Assembly (NCBI GenBank): GCA_944349765.1
Contig: CALVNN010000001.1
Coordinates: forward strand, 87,138 to 151,137
Direction of reading: 5' to 3'
DNA: 64,000 bases
DNA from: an uncultured Clostridia bacterium
Lineage (GTDB): Bacteria > Bacillota > Clostridia > Christensenellales > UBA1242
The stretch's first letter is position 1, and each line of letters begins with the position of its first letter. The translations under genes were made by a program, and so were the position numbers. The notes under the pieces were generated by a model. The model saw nothing but the letters and a program-made list of their open reading frames with translations. It had not been told where the DNA came from and did no database searches. Shown here piece by piece: positions 18,232 to 30,000 of this stretch.

Positions 18232-18693
18232 ATGAGACGTTTTTGGATATTTTTTGTGTTTATGTTTTTAGTAAGTGTAGGATATGAAACAAGTAATTAT
18301 TTAGGTGATTTATTAAAGTCAGAGGATGCTACCTACAGCATTTATACTAATCAATCTATAGAGATGGAGGGTATAGAGGTGGTAAGTTTGGGCTTTGGAT
18401 ACATAATTAGTAGTGATACAGTGAATGGACAATATTTATATGATAGGCTTAAAAATAATTCGTACGGTCAAAGTGTTAGTTTGAAAGGCAATTTAAATGA
18501 TTGTTATGCTATTATAAACCTTTTAGGTGTAAAGGTTTTAGAAAGTGAACACTTTGATAATATTTATAATATCTATGGTGAGGGTGATTTTGGAGAAAAA
18601 GTTGATGTTAATGGAGCAAAGGTAAATATTCAAATCGCATATCGTAGTGGGATGATAACTATTGGTTGCCCTATTATTCTAGGTTCGTATTAA
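18232..18693 (+). CDS. Small membrane-anchored protein, possibly YwmB/DUF1779-like
   Basis: It has an N-terminal TM segment. The C-terminal ...VNIQIAYRSGMITIGCPIILGSY resembles the YwmB-family ending as I recall it. Its position upstream of the SpoIIQ-like gene fits clostridial sporulation loci. Confidence 0.4.
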   Translation: MRRFWIFFVFMFLVSVGYETSNYLGDLLKSEDATYSIYTNQSIEMEGIEVVSLGFGYIISSDTVNGQYLYDRLKNNSYGQSVSLKGNLNDCYAIINLLGVKVLESEHFDNIYNIYGEGDFGEKVDVNGAKVNIQIAYRSGMITIGCPIILGSY

Positions 18694-18761
18694 AAAAAAT
18701 TAGTTATTGTATGTATAAGTTTTGTAAACTTGTCAATATTTAAGGGCAAGGAGGGAATAAA

Positions 18762-19373
18762 ATGGAAGTTGAAATTAAGAAATCTAGATGGGAAGCATTC
18801 AAGTCTTTTGTTAAGAAAAATATTTATTATATATTAATAGGCTTGGCGGTTATTACTTTGGCCGTGGTATTAGCTATAACGACTACTGTTGGCGGAAAAC
18901 AAAATACCGAAGTCGTTCCACCAGGTCCGGATGAGCCAACAAATACCAATCCAATTGAAATAGTTGCTCCACTTGAAAATATTGAATTACTAAAAGACTA
19001 TTCCGGTACAGATCTTATGTACAACGCCACTTTAAAGCAGTGGGAAGCGCATAAAGCTATTGATTTTAAGGCTGAAGACGGAACAAATGTACTAGCCATA
19101 GCTGATGGAACCGTTGATCAAGTGTATAAAAATTACACTTATGGTACTGTAATTGTTATCAGTCACACAGATGGTTTGAAGAGTGTGTATTCTTCGCTTA
19201 ATGAAGAAACAAATGTCAAGGCTGGCGATACTGTGACTGCTGGTGCTGTAATAGGTACTGTTGGTAAGACTGCAAACAATGAATTTGTTGATCAAGCTCA
19301 CTTAAGATTTGAATTATACAAAGACAATACTTTAGTCGACCCTAATGAATATATTTCATTATCTGACAAATAA
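18762..19373 (+). CDS. Membrane-anchored LytM/M23-domain protein with degenerate active site (SpoIIQ-like)
   Basis: It has an N-terminal TM segment. HxxxD is present (HKAID). The YxHL box reads YSSL, and the HxH box reads HLR (QAHLRFE). It lies next to spoIIID. Confidence 0.7.
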   Translation: MEVEIKKSRWEAFKSFVKKNIYYILIGLAVITLAVVLAITTTVGGKQNTEVVPPGPDEPTNTNPIEIVAPLENIELLKDYSGTDLMYNATLKQWEAHKAIDFKAEDGTNVLAIADGTVDQVYKNYTYGTVIVISHTDGLKSVYSSLNEETNVKAGDTVTAGAVIGTVGKTANNEFVDQAHLRFELYKDNTLVDPNEYISLSDK

Positions 19374-19406
19374 TCAAAATACTTGCAAATAAAAACGTCA
19401 AAGTAC

Positions 19407-19435
19407 TTGTAATTACAACAAAAATGTTGTATAAT
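19407..19435 (+). promoter_or_regulatory. Sigma-A promoter of acpP
   Basis: TTGTAA, a 17-nt spacer, then TATAAT (19430-19435). Confidence 0.55.
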
Positions 19436-19469
19436 CTTCCTAAGCTAATAAGCTTTAAGGAGATTAGAA

Positions 19470-19691
19470 ATGTTTGAGAAAGTAAGAAAACTTATCGCCG
19501 AACAATTAAATCTAAAAGAAGATAGCATTACTCCTAATTCTAGAATAGTTGAAGACTTAGGCGCTGATTCTTTGGATATGGTGGAAATGCTTATGACTTT
19601 GGAGGAAGAGTTTGGCGTTAGTATAAGTGATGAAAAAGCAAATGAATTAAAAACAATTGGAGATATAGTTGCCTTTTTGGAAACTAAATAA
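19470..19691 (+). CDS. acpP: Acyl carrier protein
   Basis: 73 aa with the phosphopantetheine attachment motif LGADSLDMVE. It has an AAGGAG RBS. Confidence 0.9.
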   Translation: MFEKVRKLIAEQLNLKEDSITPNSRIVEDLGADSLDMVEMLMTLEEEFGVSISDEKANELKTIGDIVAFLETK

Positions 19692-19696
19692 AAAAG

Positions 19697-19729
19697 AATC
19701 TTTCGTTTTATTGCGAAAGATTTTTTTTT
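19697..19729 (+). terminator. Rho-independent terminator of acpP
   Basis: Stem AATCTTTCG/CGAAAGATT followed by a T run of about 8. Confidence 0.8.
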
Positions 19730-19784
19730 AGAGTTTGAGTACAAATTCATTTTTTAGTAAACATAAAATCAAAATGCAATTTTT

Positions 19785-19814
19785 GTCATAATTTGTCTAT
19801 TTACGTCATAGTTT
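19785..19814 (+). promoter_or_regulatory. Candidate mother-cell (sigma-E-type) promoter of spoIIID
   Basis: GTCATAAT, then 16 nt from ATA to CATA, then CATAGTTT. This resembles the Bacillus sigma-E pattern of ATA-N16-CATACA-T. Confidence 0.3.
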
Positions 19815-19834
19815 TAAATAACTAGGAGGTGAAT

Positions 19835-20089
19835 ATGATAGCTAATGATTATGACAAAAGAGCTATTAATTTAGCTTATTATATAATTCAAACCAAAGCG
19901 ACAGTTCGTAAAACGGGTGTTGTATTTAATCTTAGTAAAAGTACTGTACATAATGATGTGACGAAAAAGCTGCCGAAGCTGAGTAAAGAGTTGTACGAGC
20001 AAGTGGATGCAGTTTTAAAAGAAAACTTTAGAGTGAAACATTTAAGAGGTGGAGAGGCGACAAAAAGAAAGTATAAAAAGCACGGTTAA
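19835..20089 (+). CDS. spoIIID: Sporulation transcriptional regulator SpoIIID
   Basis: About 84 aa. ...KATVRKTGVVFNLSKSTVHNDVTKKLP...VKHLRGGEATKRKYKK aligns closely with B. subtilis SpoIIID (KSTVHKD, HLRGGEATK.KYKK). An AGGAGG RBS precedes the ATG at 19835. Confidence 0.88.
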   Translation: MIANDYDKRAINLAYYIIQTKATVRKTGVVFNLSKSTVHNDVTKKLPKLSKELYEQVDAVLKENFRVKHLRGGEATKRKYKKHG

Positions 20090-20092
20090 TAT

Positions 20093-20839
20093 TTAGTCGG
20101 TCGGTTTTGTTTTTGTTCTTGGCTTTCGCTCGGGTATAGGTAGAAGATTGTTTCGTTCACCGTGTATAAGTGCACCGTGAATGTGTTCTACCACTTTTGG
20201 TACATCTTTATTGATGGTTTTTAACAAGTTTTTGACATATTCTCTTTTCGTATGTTTGTCAGCTGGACAGCAGTTGTGGATTATTGGCAAATCTTTGGAT
20301 GCGCCGATAATTTGTTTTTCTCTCACATAAATAAGCGGTCGAATAACGGTTGCATTTACTTTATCTAGATAGGTTTTTGGCTCAAAAGTGGACAATCTAC
20401 CCTCATAAAACATAGATAACATAAACGTCTCAACAAGGTCATCTGCGTGATGTCCTAAAGCTATTTTATTGCAATTTAGATTTTTTGCTTCATTGTTTAA
20501 TATTCCACGTCTAAGCTTTGCGCATAAAGAGCAAGGATTTGATTCCTTTCTTGCCTCAAAAACTATTTTGTAAATGGCACTATTAACAATGTGTAATTCC
20601 ACCCCTATATCATCACAATATTGCTTTAGTTCTGCGTAGTCGGTCTTCCCATCAAATAGATCTATAGCTATCCCGATAAGCTCAAAGTTGGATTTCGAAA
20701 AACGTTGATATATTTTAAGCGCGGTAAGTAGCGTTAAACTATCTTTTCCGCCAGATACTCCGACAGCGATTTTATCCCCATCTTGAATAAGATCGTAATC
20801 TTCTACAGCACGCCTTAAAAGTGATACAATTTGTTGCAT
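20093..20839 (-). CDS. ttcA: PP-loop ATP pyrophosphatase, TtcA-like tRNA 2-thiocytidine synthetase family
   Basis: PP-loop VGVSGGKDSL, Cys motifs CSLCAKLRR and HNCCPAD, and 248 aa. Confidence 0.7.
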   Translation of the reverse strand: MQQIVSLLRRAVEDYDLIQDGDKIAVGVSGGKDSLTLLTALKIYQRFSKSNFELIGIAIDLFDGKTDYAELKQYCDDIGVELHIVNSAIYKIVFEARKESNPCSLCAKLRRGILNNEAKNLNCNKIALGHHADDLVETFMLSMFYEGRLSTFEPKTYLDKVNATVIRPLIYVREKQIIGASKDLPIIHNCCPADKHTKREYVKNLLKTINKDVPKVVEHIHGALIHGERNNLLPIPERKPRTKTKPTD

Positions 20840-20935
20840 ATTAAATTCCTTTTTTTGATTTTTTTAACAAAAAATTTTTTCAAAAAACATTTTATCACAC
20901 ATACAAAAATAATTCAACAAAAAGCTACAATTCAT

Positions 20936-20964
20936 TTGACTTTTAATGTGTTTTTTAGTAAAAT
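20936..20964 (+). promoter_or_regulatory. Sigma-A promoter candidate P1 upstream of giant gene 1
   Basis: TTGACT, a 17-nt spacer, then TAAAAT. The -10 box overlaps the 8-bp-arm palindrome AAATTTAC-TAT-GTAAATTT (20961-20979). Confidence 0.5.
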
Positions 20965-20994
20965 TTACTATGTAAATTTATACCTTATTTAGCT

Positions 20995-21023
20995 TTGTAA
21001 TTTTTGTGTATTTTTAATACAAT
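20995..21023 (+). promoter_or_regulatory. Sigma-A promoter candidate P2 upstream of giant gene 1
   Basis: TTGTAA, a 17-nt spacer, then TACAAT. Confidence 0.4.
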
Positions 21024-21088
21024 AATTTGTCAAAAATTGTATATAAAAACGTTGCTAAATGGGTAGATTAATTAGAGGAGTAAATTTT

Positions 21089-24000
21089 ATGCTAAAAAAG
21101 AAAATTTATGGTTTACTATCTGTAGTTTTAATGTTTGTGAACATTGGGCTAGTAGGATGTACGCAAGGTGGTAATAATATTACGTTAGATGTAAGTACTG
21201 ATAATATTACCATTGTTTTAGGTGAAGAACCTGAAAATGAATCTTGGGAGATGAATACTGCTAAATTTACGGTATCTACCAATGTAAGTACTCAAGTTGT
21301 CTATCGTATAGAGAACGAAGGAGTTATTAGGGTGGATACTGATACGGAGCATTCATATAGTACCACTAAAACAGCTATTGTTACAGCGTTAAAGACTGGT
21401 ACAGCCAAGATTGTTGTGTTTACACCTGAAAGCAGTAGTGTCTATAAGGAGATAATTGTTAATGTTGTACAACCTATAACGTCTATTGAGTTTGTGCAAG
21501 ATTATGCTTTGTTTATACCTATAGGCGAACAGCGTGCTATAGATATAGATAATGCTTTCAATATAGAGCCTTTGTATGGGAATAAAAATGATCTTAGATT
21601 TGAGATCATTGATGACCAATATAATCTTGGAGCTACTATAGATGAGATAAGTGGAGTTATAGATGCAAGCAATGTTACCAATGTAGGTAATATCACAGTT
21701 CGTGCTTATACCACTGAAGAAATTTATGCCGATACCATTGTTCATATAGTTTCGCCTATAAGTGGTGACGATGTGAGTGTAGCAACTGAAGCAGGTGATA
21801 TAATTATGTCTAATGGTGAGTTTGTTTCAGAAGCAGGTAATAAAATAACACTTATCAAAACTACTGAAGAAAATAGTACAATCACTCTAAATGTAAATGT
21901 CAATAGTCTAAGTGAGTATGAGATTGACTTGACTATTGCCAATCCAAAAGCAATTACATATCAAAAAGTGGGCTCAAGCTCTTTTGTTATAAAAGCTTTG
22001 GAGCTTGGTCAATCTGATTTGAATTTTAGCATCAATATTTTAGGGGCTACTGGCATAGAGCCTTATGAATTTACTCTAGATGTAAATGTTTATGATAAAC
22101 CTTTGGATATCAATATAAATGGTTTAAGTGCTTCGAGTATGGATTATGTGTACAACACAACTATTTATAACAACTATAATCAAGGTGAATTAGGCACTCC
22201 ATTTAGGTTTACTTTAAATCCTAGCACTGTGACCGAAGAAAACAGTGATTTAACAATAACTTTTAACAACCCTAATACGGCGGTTAATGCTATAGCAGTC
22301 TTTAATGTTTATGGAGATAGATTGGGTATCCGTTATGACGCAAATGGTAATATGGTGTCACTTGAGCCATTTACTATAAAAGCTGGAGATACGATATATA
22401 TCAAAAGCACTTTAAATCAAGTCAATTCAGAACAATTTAGCTTTGTTGTGTCGTCGGTATTCTCGGTTAATTATCCTCCAGAAGTCTCCGCGACAGTTAA
22501 TCTTACTTTAAGAGAAGGTATCAGTGAATTCAGTTATGATAGGTCTAATCTGTATATAGAGCAAGGACAAAGTCAAACTGTTTACTTGAATGTTGGCAGG
22601 GATAATGCTGATACTTCAGGTATATATTATGAGGTGGAAGGCGATGCTGTAGAGGTCGTTAAAGTTACTGGTGATGAGGCAAATAATAGAAATTATATCA
22701 TAATTGGGCAAAAGCTCGGTGATGCAGTCGTAACTTTTTATAGCGGAAATGGTTTTGAAATAGTTATAAATGTGAAAGTTTACAATCCTCTTACTGAGTT
22801 ACTGCTTACTTCTGAGTCTCCATTGCAAAATGGTGCTATAGGGGAGCGAGAGTTTGTAAATGATAGTTTAGCGTATATAGCTGTGGCGACGGGTAGTAGA
22901 TTTAATTTGCAATACATTACTAATCTTGGGGCTAGCGTTGCAAATGTGAGGTATGAAGTTATAAATGGTAATACCTACGTCTCTACCACATCAGAAGGTC
23001 TGGTTAGTATATTAGGTACTGGTACAGCTACAATTAGGGTGAGTGTATACGGCTATGATCAGACTGGTATTATGGCTGATCCTTTGTATAAAACGGTTAC
23101 CGTAGAAGGGTATGTACCAGTTAGTAGTATTGCACTTAACAATACCACACTATATCTAAAAGATTATGAATCTGTAGGTTATTATAGAGTGGCTGAGTAT
23201 AGTCAAAAGCAATTAGTGATAAATACTTATCCATCCAATGCCGAAATAAATGAAGAAGATATCACTTGGACCTTGGTTGGTGAAGGCGGTAGCATCACAA
23301 ACACAACTGGTTTTAGCACGTTATTTACAGCAGGCCCTTTAAATGATTTTGATTCGACTACTTTGAGAGTATTAGTTAGCGTTATAGACCACGGCCGTGT
23401 ATTCTCTCAAGTATGTAATATAGAGGTTACTAAGGCTATCAAAGTTGAAGATGTTAGACTGGTAAATGTATTTAATAGTGAGATTTACTTTGATGGCCGT
23501 GATGGCTTAGGTGCTGAAGCGACTACATTTAATGTTCTCGCAAATACATATCCAACTAATGCATTTAACAATGCTTTGAGATATATATACATACACACCG
23601 ATGAAGAAAATACTTCTCCTGTATTTAGCGTGGATGCTATGGGTAATGTTCGTCCTATTAGAGGCGGTAGTGCTATATTGAGGATAGCTGCTGAGGATAG
23701 TTTTGTAAATATGGGCGAACCAAGTGTGTACACTGATGTGAAAGTTGTGGTTGCTGATGGAAAGACAAAAGAAACGGCTTATAGATTATATGACGCTCAA
23801 GATTTGCTAGATATAGGTAAAAATAGCAATTCATTGAATAGCTTCTATGTACTTGCTAACGACATAGATTTAAGCAGTATAAGTTCATGGACTCCTATAG
23901 GCGTGCTTAATGGTCAAATAAATGAGTTTAATGGCTATCTTAGCGGTCAGTATATTGTGGGTATAGGAGATAATGAACAAGTTATATCTAGTAGATTGTA

Positions 24001-27000
24001 CGGTATAAATTTAACTAAAGGCGTTAATGTATCAAATGAAACGACAGATACTAGCGGTACCGTTACAGAAAATATTTTCATTGCAAGCCTATTTGCTAAG
24101 CTCGGTTCTTCGGCTCAATTTGAAAATTTAGAAATTGAATATGAGAGCATAAGTATTGACTTAAGTAGTGCTAATTATTCATCAGTATATGTTGGTGGAT
24201 TAGTAGCGGTGCAAGAAGATTTAAATGACGATGGCGTCGAAGATGAACAACGACTGGAGGAGGGGGAGTTTGTCTTTGAAAATGTTGAAATTAACATTAA
24301 TAATGTAAATATTTCTAATGCAAGTTCTAGACAAAATGTATATTTCGGTGGACTTATTGCTAACTACAGATCTACCGTACTCATTGATTATATAGATAGT
24401 TGTACTGTAAATGCTACGAATGTATCTATTAGTGGTACGGCAAATTCGTTGTATGCAGGTGGTTTAGTTGGTTATATTGATGCTTTGGCTACTATACAAG
24501 GAACATATACACAAAGTACTGAAACTGGTGTCAACTATGGTAGTGTGTTTGGTGATGCTGGGTTTGATGTTGTTGCTGACTTTAATATATCTGCGAGTGC
24601 TACAAATAGCGCTGTAGGTGGACTAGTTGGATATGCACAAAATGTTATAAGTCTATCAAATGTAGGCTTTAAGGGTAGTATCAATGCTACAAGTGTTGAT
24701 AATGTTGGTGGACTAGCTGGTGTGTTTATTTCAAACAACACTTCGTATATTAATTTGGGCATATCTGTAATAAATACCGTTACTACTTTTGGTAAGGTGG
24801 TTGGACATAATAATGTCGGCGGTTTAGTAGGTGATGCGGACGTCAGAATATTCAACGCTATAGTAGAGAATTATGGCGATATAATAGCTCAAGGTAATCA
24901 AAACGTTGGTGGCGCTATAGGTAATTTAAGAGATGGAAGGATTTCTCTTGGTATGGTTACTAGCAGTAACAATTCCGCAAGCGTTGTAGGTGTGACTAAT
25001 GTCGGTACCATGATAGGTAATATGGCTAGTGGATTACTTGAGGCTGTATATACCGATATCAGTACTAGCGTAACAAATATTGTTTTAGTTGGTACGTCTG
25101 GTAATAATGCTCACGTTTCAAATTCTTTTGTTACGCAAGGTGCAATAGGTGTATCCAATGCTACTAATTGTTATGCTGTGACAGATTATAGCTCCGCTAT
25201 TAACGCGTGGAATGCTTTGACTGAGAAGCGATTTGAATTGAGCGAAATATTGAGCTCAGTGGTGGATGAGAATAATCAAATTATTACTGAATATTATACA
25301 GCTCAATGGTTGCAACCTGGTACAAATGGCATCAATGATCAAGTTAATAATGGTTATCCTATATTTGGGCTTGTTGATAGTTTGCCTTTCTATAACGTAA
25401 TACCAACAAGTATAGAAATTACTATTAAAGAAAATAACAGCTTATACAAAATAGACGATAGTAATGTCTTGATGTTCTATTATGAATTGACACAAACTTT
25501 AATAGATAATACATCTGCTAAAGATTTGGCTACATTGTACAAAAATGCTTTGGCTTTGAATACTATTGATTTAAATGCTATAGATTTTATTGAAGTTAAT
25601 GTATACCCTCAATCTTTTAGAGTGATTAGATTGGATTTGGAGGCTTTGGCTACTGATAGCAATGCAAGTAGCGACGTCTTACAAACGACCGCAGATGGAA
25701 AAGTTATTATCCAAAAAGAAGGTGTAGCTAGACTAAAAGTATCTAGCGTCATCAATCCAGAAGCAAATGATGAATTGTATGTAAATACTTTGAAAAGAGT
25801 CACAAGCTTTGCGTTAAATTCAAGCGACCTTGGTAATTCGTCAGAGGCACTTAACAGCAAGGATTTTGAGATAAGAAAAGGTGAAAGTGGATACTATTTT
25901 GTATATTTGGAAAATTACGATAAATTAAATAACATAAATTACAATTACACCGATAAATTTGAAATTGTATACACCATTTATGCTACTGAAAATGATAACT
26001 TAGTTAACATTGTAGTTGATGCGGAAGGTAATCCTACAAGTTATACAGTCAATCATATTATAGATAGGTTAAACTTCAATGATGTTGATTTTGAAGTGGC
26101 GTATAATTTTGATTATCAATTTGAAACGGATACTGAAGGTGAATTTGAAAATATCACATACTTGATGAATTCAAATAAACAACTGCCTCAAGATTTCTTG
26201 ACTAAATGGGCTAACGGTGCTGAAGTTCAGTATGTGCCAGGTGATACTATCGATGTGTATAGGTATGCTACTTACAAACTAGAAGTGAATAAAGTAGATA
26301 ATTATATAGCTTATTATGAAGATGATGAAATAGCTAATATTATGCCTATATATCTGTATTCCTTGTCTGCTAAATCTTATACAGACGGTATGCATATAAT
26401 TAATACCTTACAAGAAAGTCATATAGGTAATACTCCGCTAGAGGGAAGTGAGTATACAGTCAATGTAGCTCTTAATTATGTAGTTGACAAATTTACAACA
26501 TCAAATGATGTTTTATCTTCACAGAAGGAATCTATATTAGTAAAAGATGTTGCGAATAGTTTGACCAGTTTTGATTTGGTAATATATGATGGTGCGATAA
26601 GTATAGAATCTACTATCAATAGTGCCGTGAATGTGCCTGGTGATGTTGTAAATGTGGGGATAACATTAATTACAGATAATAGTAGTGATGAATTAGAAGT
26701 TGTAGAAATTGAAGATGTTATTATAGAACTTAGCAAGGTAGAAGAAAAGGCTATAGAGGGTGGTAAATATCAAAAAGACTATACACTATCTGTAAGTTTG
26801 GTGGATGAGTTTGATGTTAGACATCTTTCTACCAATAAAGAGTTGAATATAGAGGTTTATTCAACGCTACTTGAAGATAAGAGATTGATTGTACCTGTTA
26901 CTTTTGTTCCTCAACAAGTACAGAGGATGAATATCTACAAATATGCTGTAAGTAATGTTTCAAATAGCAACTATGAGGCATATGGCGTAAATGATTTGGT

Positions 27001-30000
27001 TATAACTACAAACGAACCAAGCATTCTTCAAATAAATGTTTATCCATACTATAGTCATATAGATGAGATAGAGATTAAGAGTAGTATGTATGAAGATACT
27101 TCAATTCTCTTTGAACAAATGATTCATACAACTGGGCAAAATTATAGAAGACTAATCCCTCAATCTCAAGCAACTGATGACCGTTTAGGTTTGAATTTGC
27201 AACAATATTCTAGATACGCAGAGGATGGCGTAACTAGAGTGTATGACGGTAATCTGTATGTGAAGTTGTTACTGAATAACAATGTACCAAAAAATACAGA
27301 ATTTACCATTACTATTAACGCGTACAACTATGATGTATTAGGTAATAGAGTGCTAGTCTCGACAAATAGTGTTGTGTTGTTATCTGAAGAGATTCCAGAA
27401 TTAGCTGTGACAACAGCTACCGAATCGCCATATATAGTAAAAGGTGTCCAAAATATTCTCAATGTCAATTTCAAACCGACGGCTGATGGACAAGATTATA
27501 GCCAAAATGTAACCGTATCGGTAAAGGGTGCGGATAATAATTATCAGACTTACATACCTGATGAATCCAATATGTTTGGTTTGGTAGATTACAAAAAAGG
27601 CGCTGTAACTACTGAAGATGGGCGTCGAATAAGCGAAGATGTATTGAACGTCGGTATAGGTGTGCCTACAGGTGCGCGAATTACTATTGTTTATACGGTC
27701 AGATACCAAATAAATAATATTGAAAAAGAGCTTAATGTGTCCAAGACCTTTACAGTGGTTGATTATGATATACAAAATATTTCGATATACTCATTTGGCT
27801 CTGAGTCTCATATCTTAAATATGGATGTAAATGAAGCATATCAATTTGGTGTGGAAAATGTATTATTTAAAGTTGCTCCAGAAGACTATGAAGACGCTAG
27901 CAATGCTTTCGGATATAATGAAGCGTTTGAATCTGAGTATTACAAATTATACTATGGCTATGGTGTAGTGGGTGACCGCACGGTAAATGTAAGTTATAAC
28001 GCTGGAAATGGTACATTTGAGTATGATGGTAAACCTGTCGTCGCTATTACGGAGCTAACTGCCGATGGGACTTTCACAAGTACTTTTAAGTATAAAAATG
28101 AAATAGATGGCAATGTAACATATTCTGAAATTGAGAGCTTTACTCCTGGCGTTTATTTGAAGATGTTAAGTGCTAAGAGAACTTTACAAAATAGAGTGGA
28201 TTTCTTTAAGAGACAAACAGCTCCAAATACTTACGAATCTTTCATAGATTATAGTGATCCTAATGTTGGTGTATATGTAAGACAATCTTTAAACGAAACG
28301 GATTATGAAATATCTGGTTTGAGATACGCTTATAGTTTGATAGGTGTTACTCCAATGATGAATCAAACTATGATGATGAGTATTGATTATGCGTATAATG
28401 ATGATGGTGAGTTGATATTCGATTCACTTCCTAGTGAACACGCTAATTATACTGACTATTATACATACAATATTCAGACTCGTACTAGTTTTGATGTACC
28501 TATCCCAATCTACACTCAGCAAGAGCTTGCAGAGATGACGGCTGGCGAGAACTATATATTAATGAATGATATTACGCTCGTTAATTGGGTGCCTATTAGT
28601 ACAGGTATAAGCAGTCTTGATGGTAATGGGTATAACCTGATAATCAGGAATTTTGATACAAGTACTGGCAATATAGGTTTGTTCAATACCGTGCAAGAGG
28701 ATACAATTCTAAAGAACATTACCATTAATATTAGTCAGATGGAATCCGTCATAGATATGTATAACTTTGAAGAAGTGTATTTTGGACTTTTGGCGGTGAC
28801 TAACGAGGGTACTATAACGAATTGTGCTATAAGTGCGGAAAATTTAGATGGCTCTCAAGTATCTTCTGGTGCGGAAAAAAGCATAACTATTAATACTAAT
28901 ACACTACTAGATGGTACTTTAGTAAGAGTGATGGCTGGATTGCTTGTTTATGAAAATAATAATGCCATTACAAATAGTAGAGTCGGTGATGCTGGTGTAA
29001 CTGGTGACACTATAACATCAAGCAGAATCATATCCTTGACAGCTGCGGGTGATTTGGCTGGTTTTGTATGTCAAAATGGTGGACATATCAGTTCTAGTTA
29101 TGCAAAACACATTAAGATTATCAACACTCTTGATGTCGCAAGCAATAGTCAGACTGCTGGATTTGTAGCTGCTAATGGTGGTACAATTGTAAGTAGTTAT
29201 GTAAGAGGTAGTCAGCAGTTAAGTGAAGATGAAGATAGTTTATATAGTGAGTATGGCTTACTAAGTTCAAATGGTTCAATAGGTGGCTTTGTATACAGTA
29301 ATAGTGGTAGTATACAAGATGCTTATTCAAATATAAATATTCAATCAAACGCTAGAACCGCGGGGTTTGTATTTAGCAATATAGACGAAGGGACAATAAC
29401 TAACGCTTACAGTGCGTCAAAGATCTCCACTAATTCAGCATTACATATGCCGTTTATAGGTGTAGATGATAAATCAGTAATCCAATGTGATGATCCAAAT
29501 AATATTACAAACGTGTATTATTACGTTGAGAATAATAAAGATTTTGAGGCTAGTGCTGTAGAAGAATTAGCTAGTCCAATCTTAAAATCAAATTTTGGAA
29601 CGCAGTCAAATTTTGCTGGCTTTGCATTTAGTGTTGCAGGTGAATACAATGCTATATGGACAATGACAGATGGCTATCCTGATCTATACGAAGCGAATGT
29701 TGAAACAATTTCAGAGCGAGAGCTTATTATAAATGAAAACAATCAAATCGAATATTACTATAAAAACAACTATAATTTAGGTACTGAGGAGAACCCTTAC
29801 ATAATAGCTAGTGCTTCTGATTATAATTATTACTTTGGTTTGGGACTTAGAACTGATAATTTAGTGGAGTCTAAGTATTTCAGACTCATAAATGATGTTG
29901 ATTTCGAGGCTGAAGATGCTACTATAGATGCTATAACAAAACAATTGACTCTGTACAATACGAGTATTGAAGGTAATGGCTTTACTATTAGTAATGTTGT

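Noticed and set aside
19445-19750. A 101-aa minus-strand ORF covering acpP.
   Set aside because: It is antisense to an unmistakable acyl carrier protein gene that has its own promoter, RBS and terminator.
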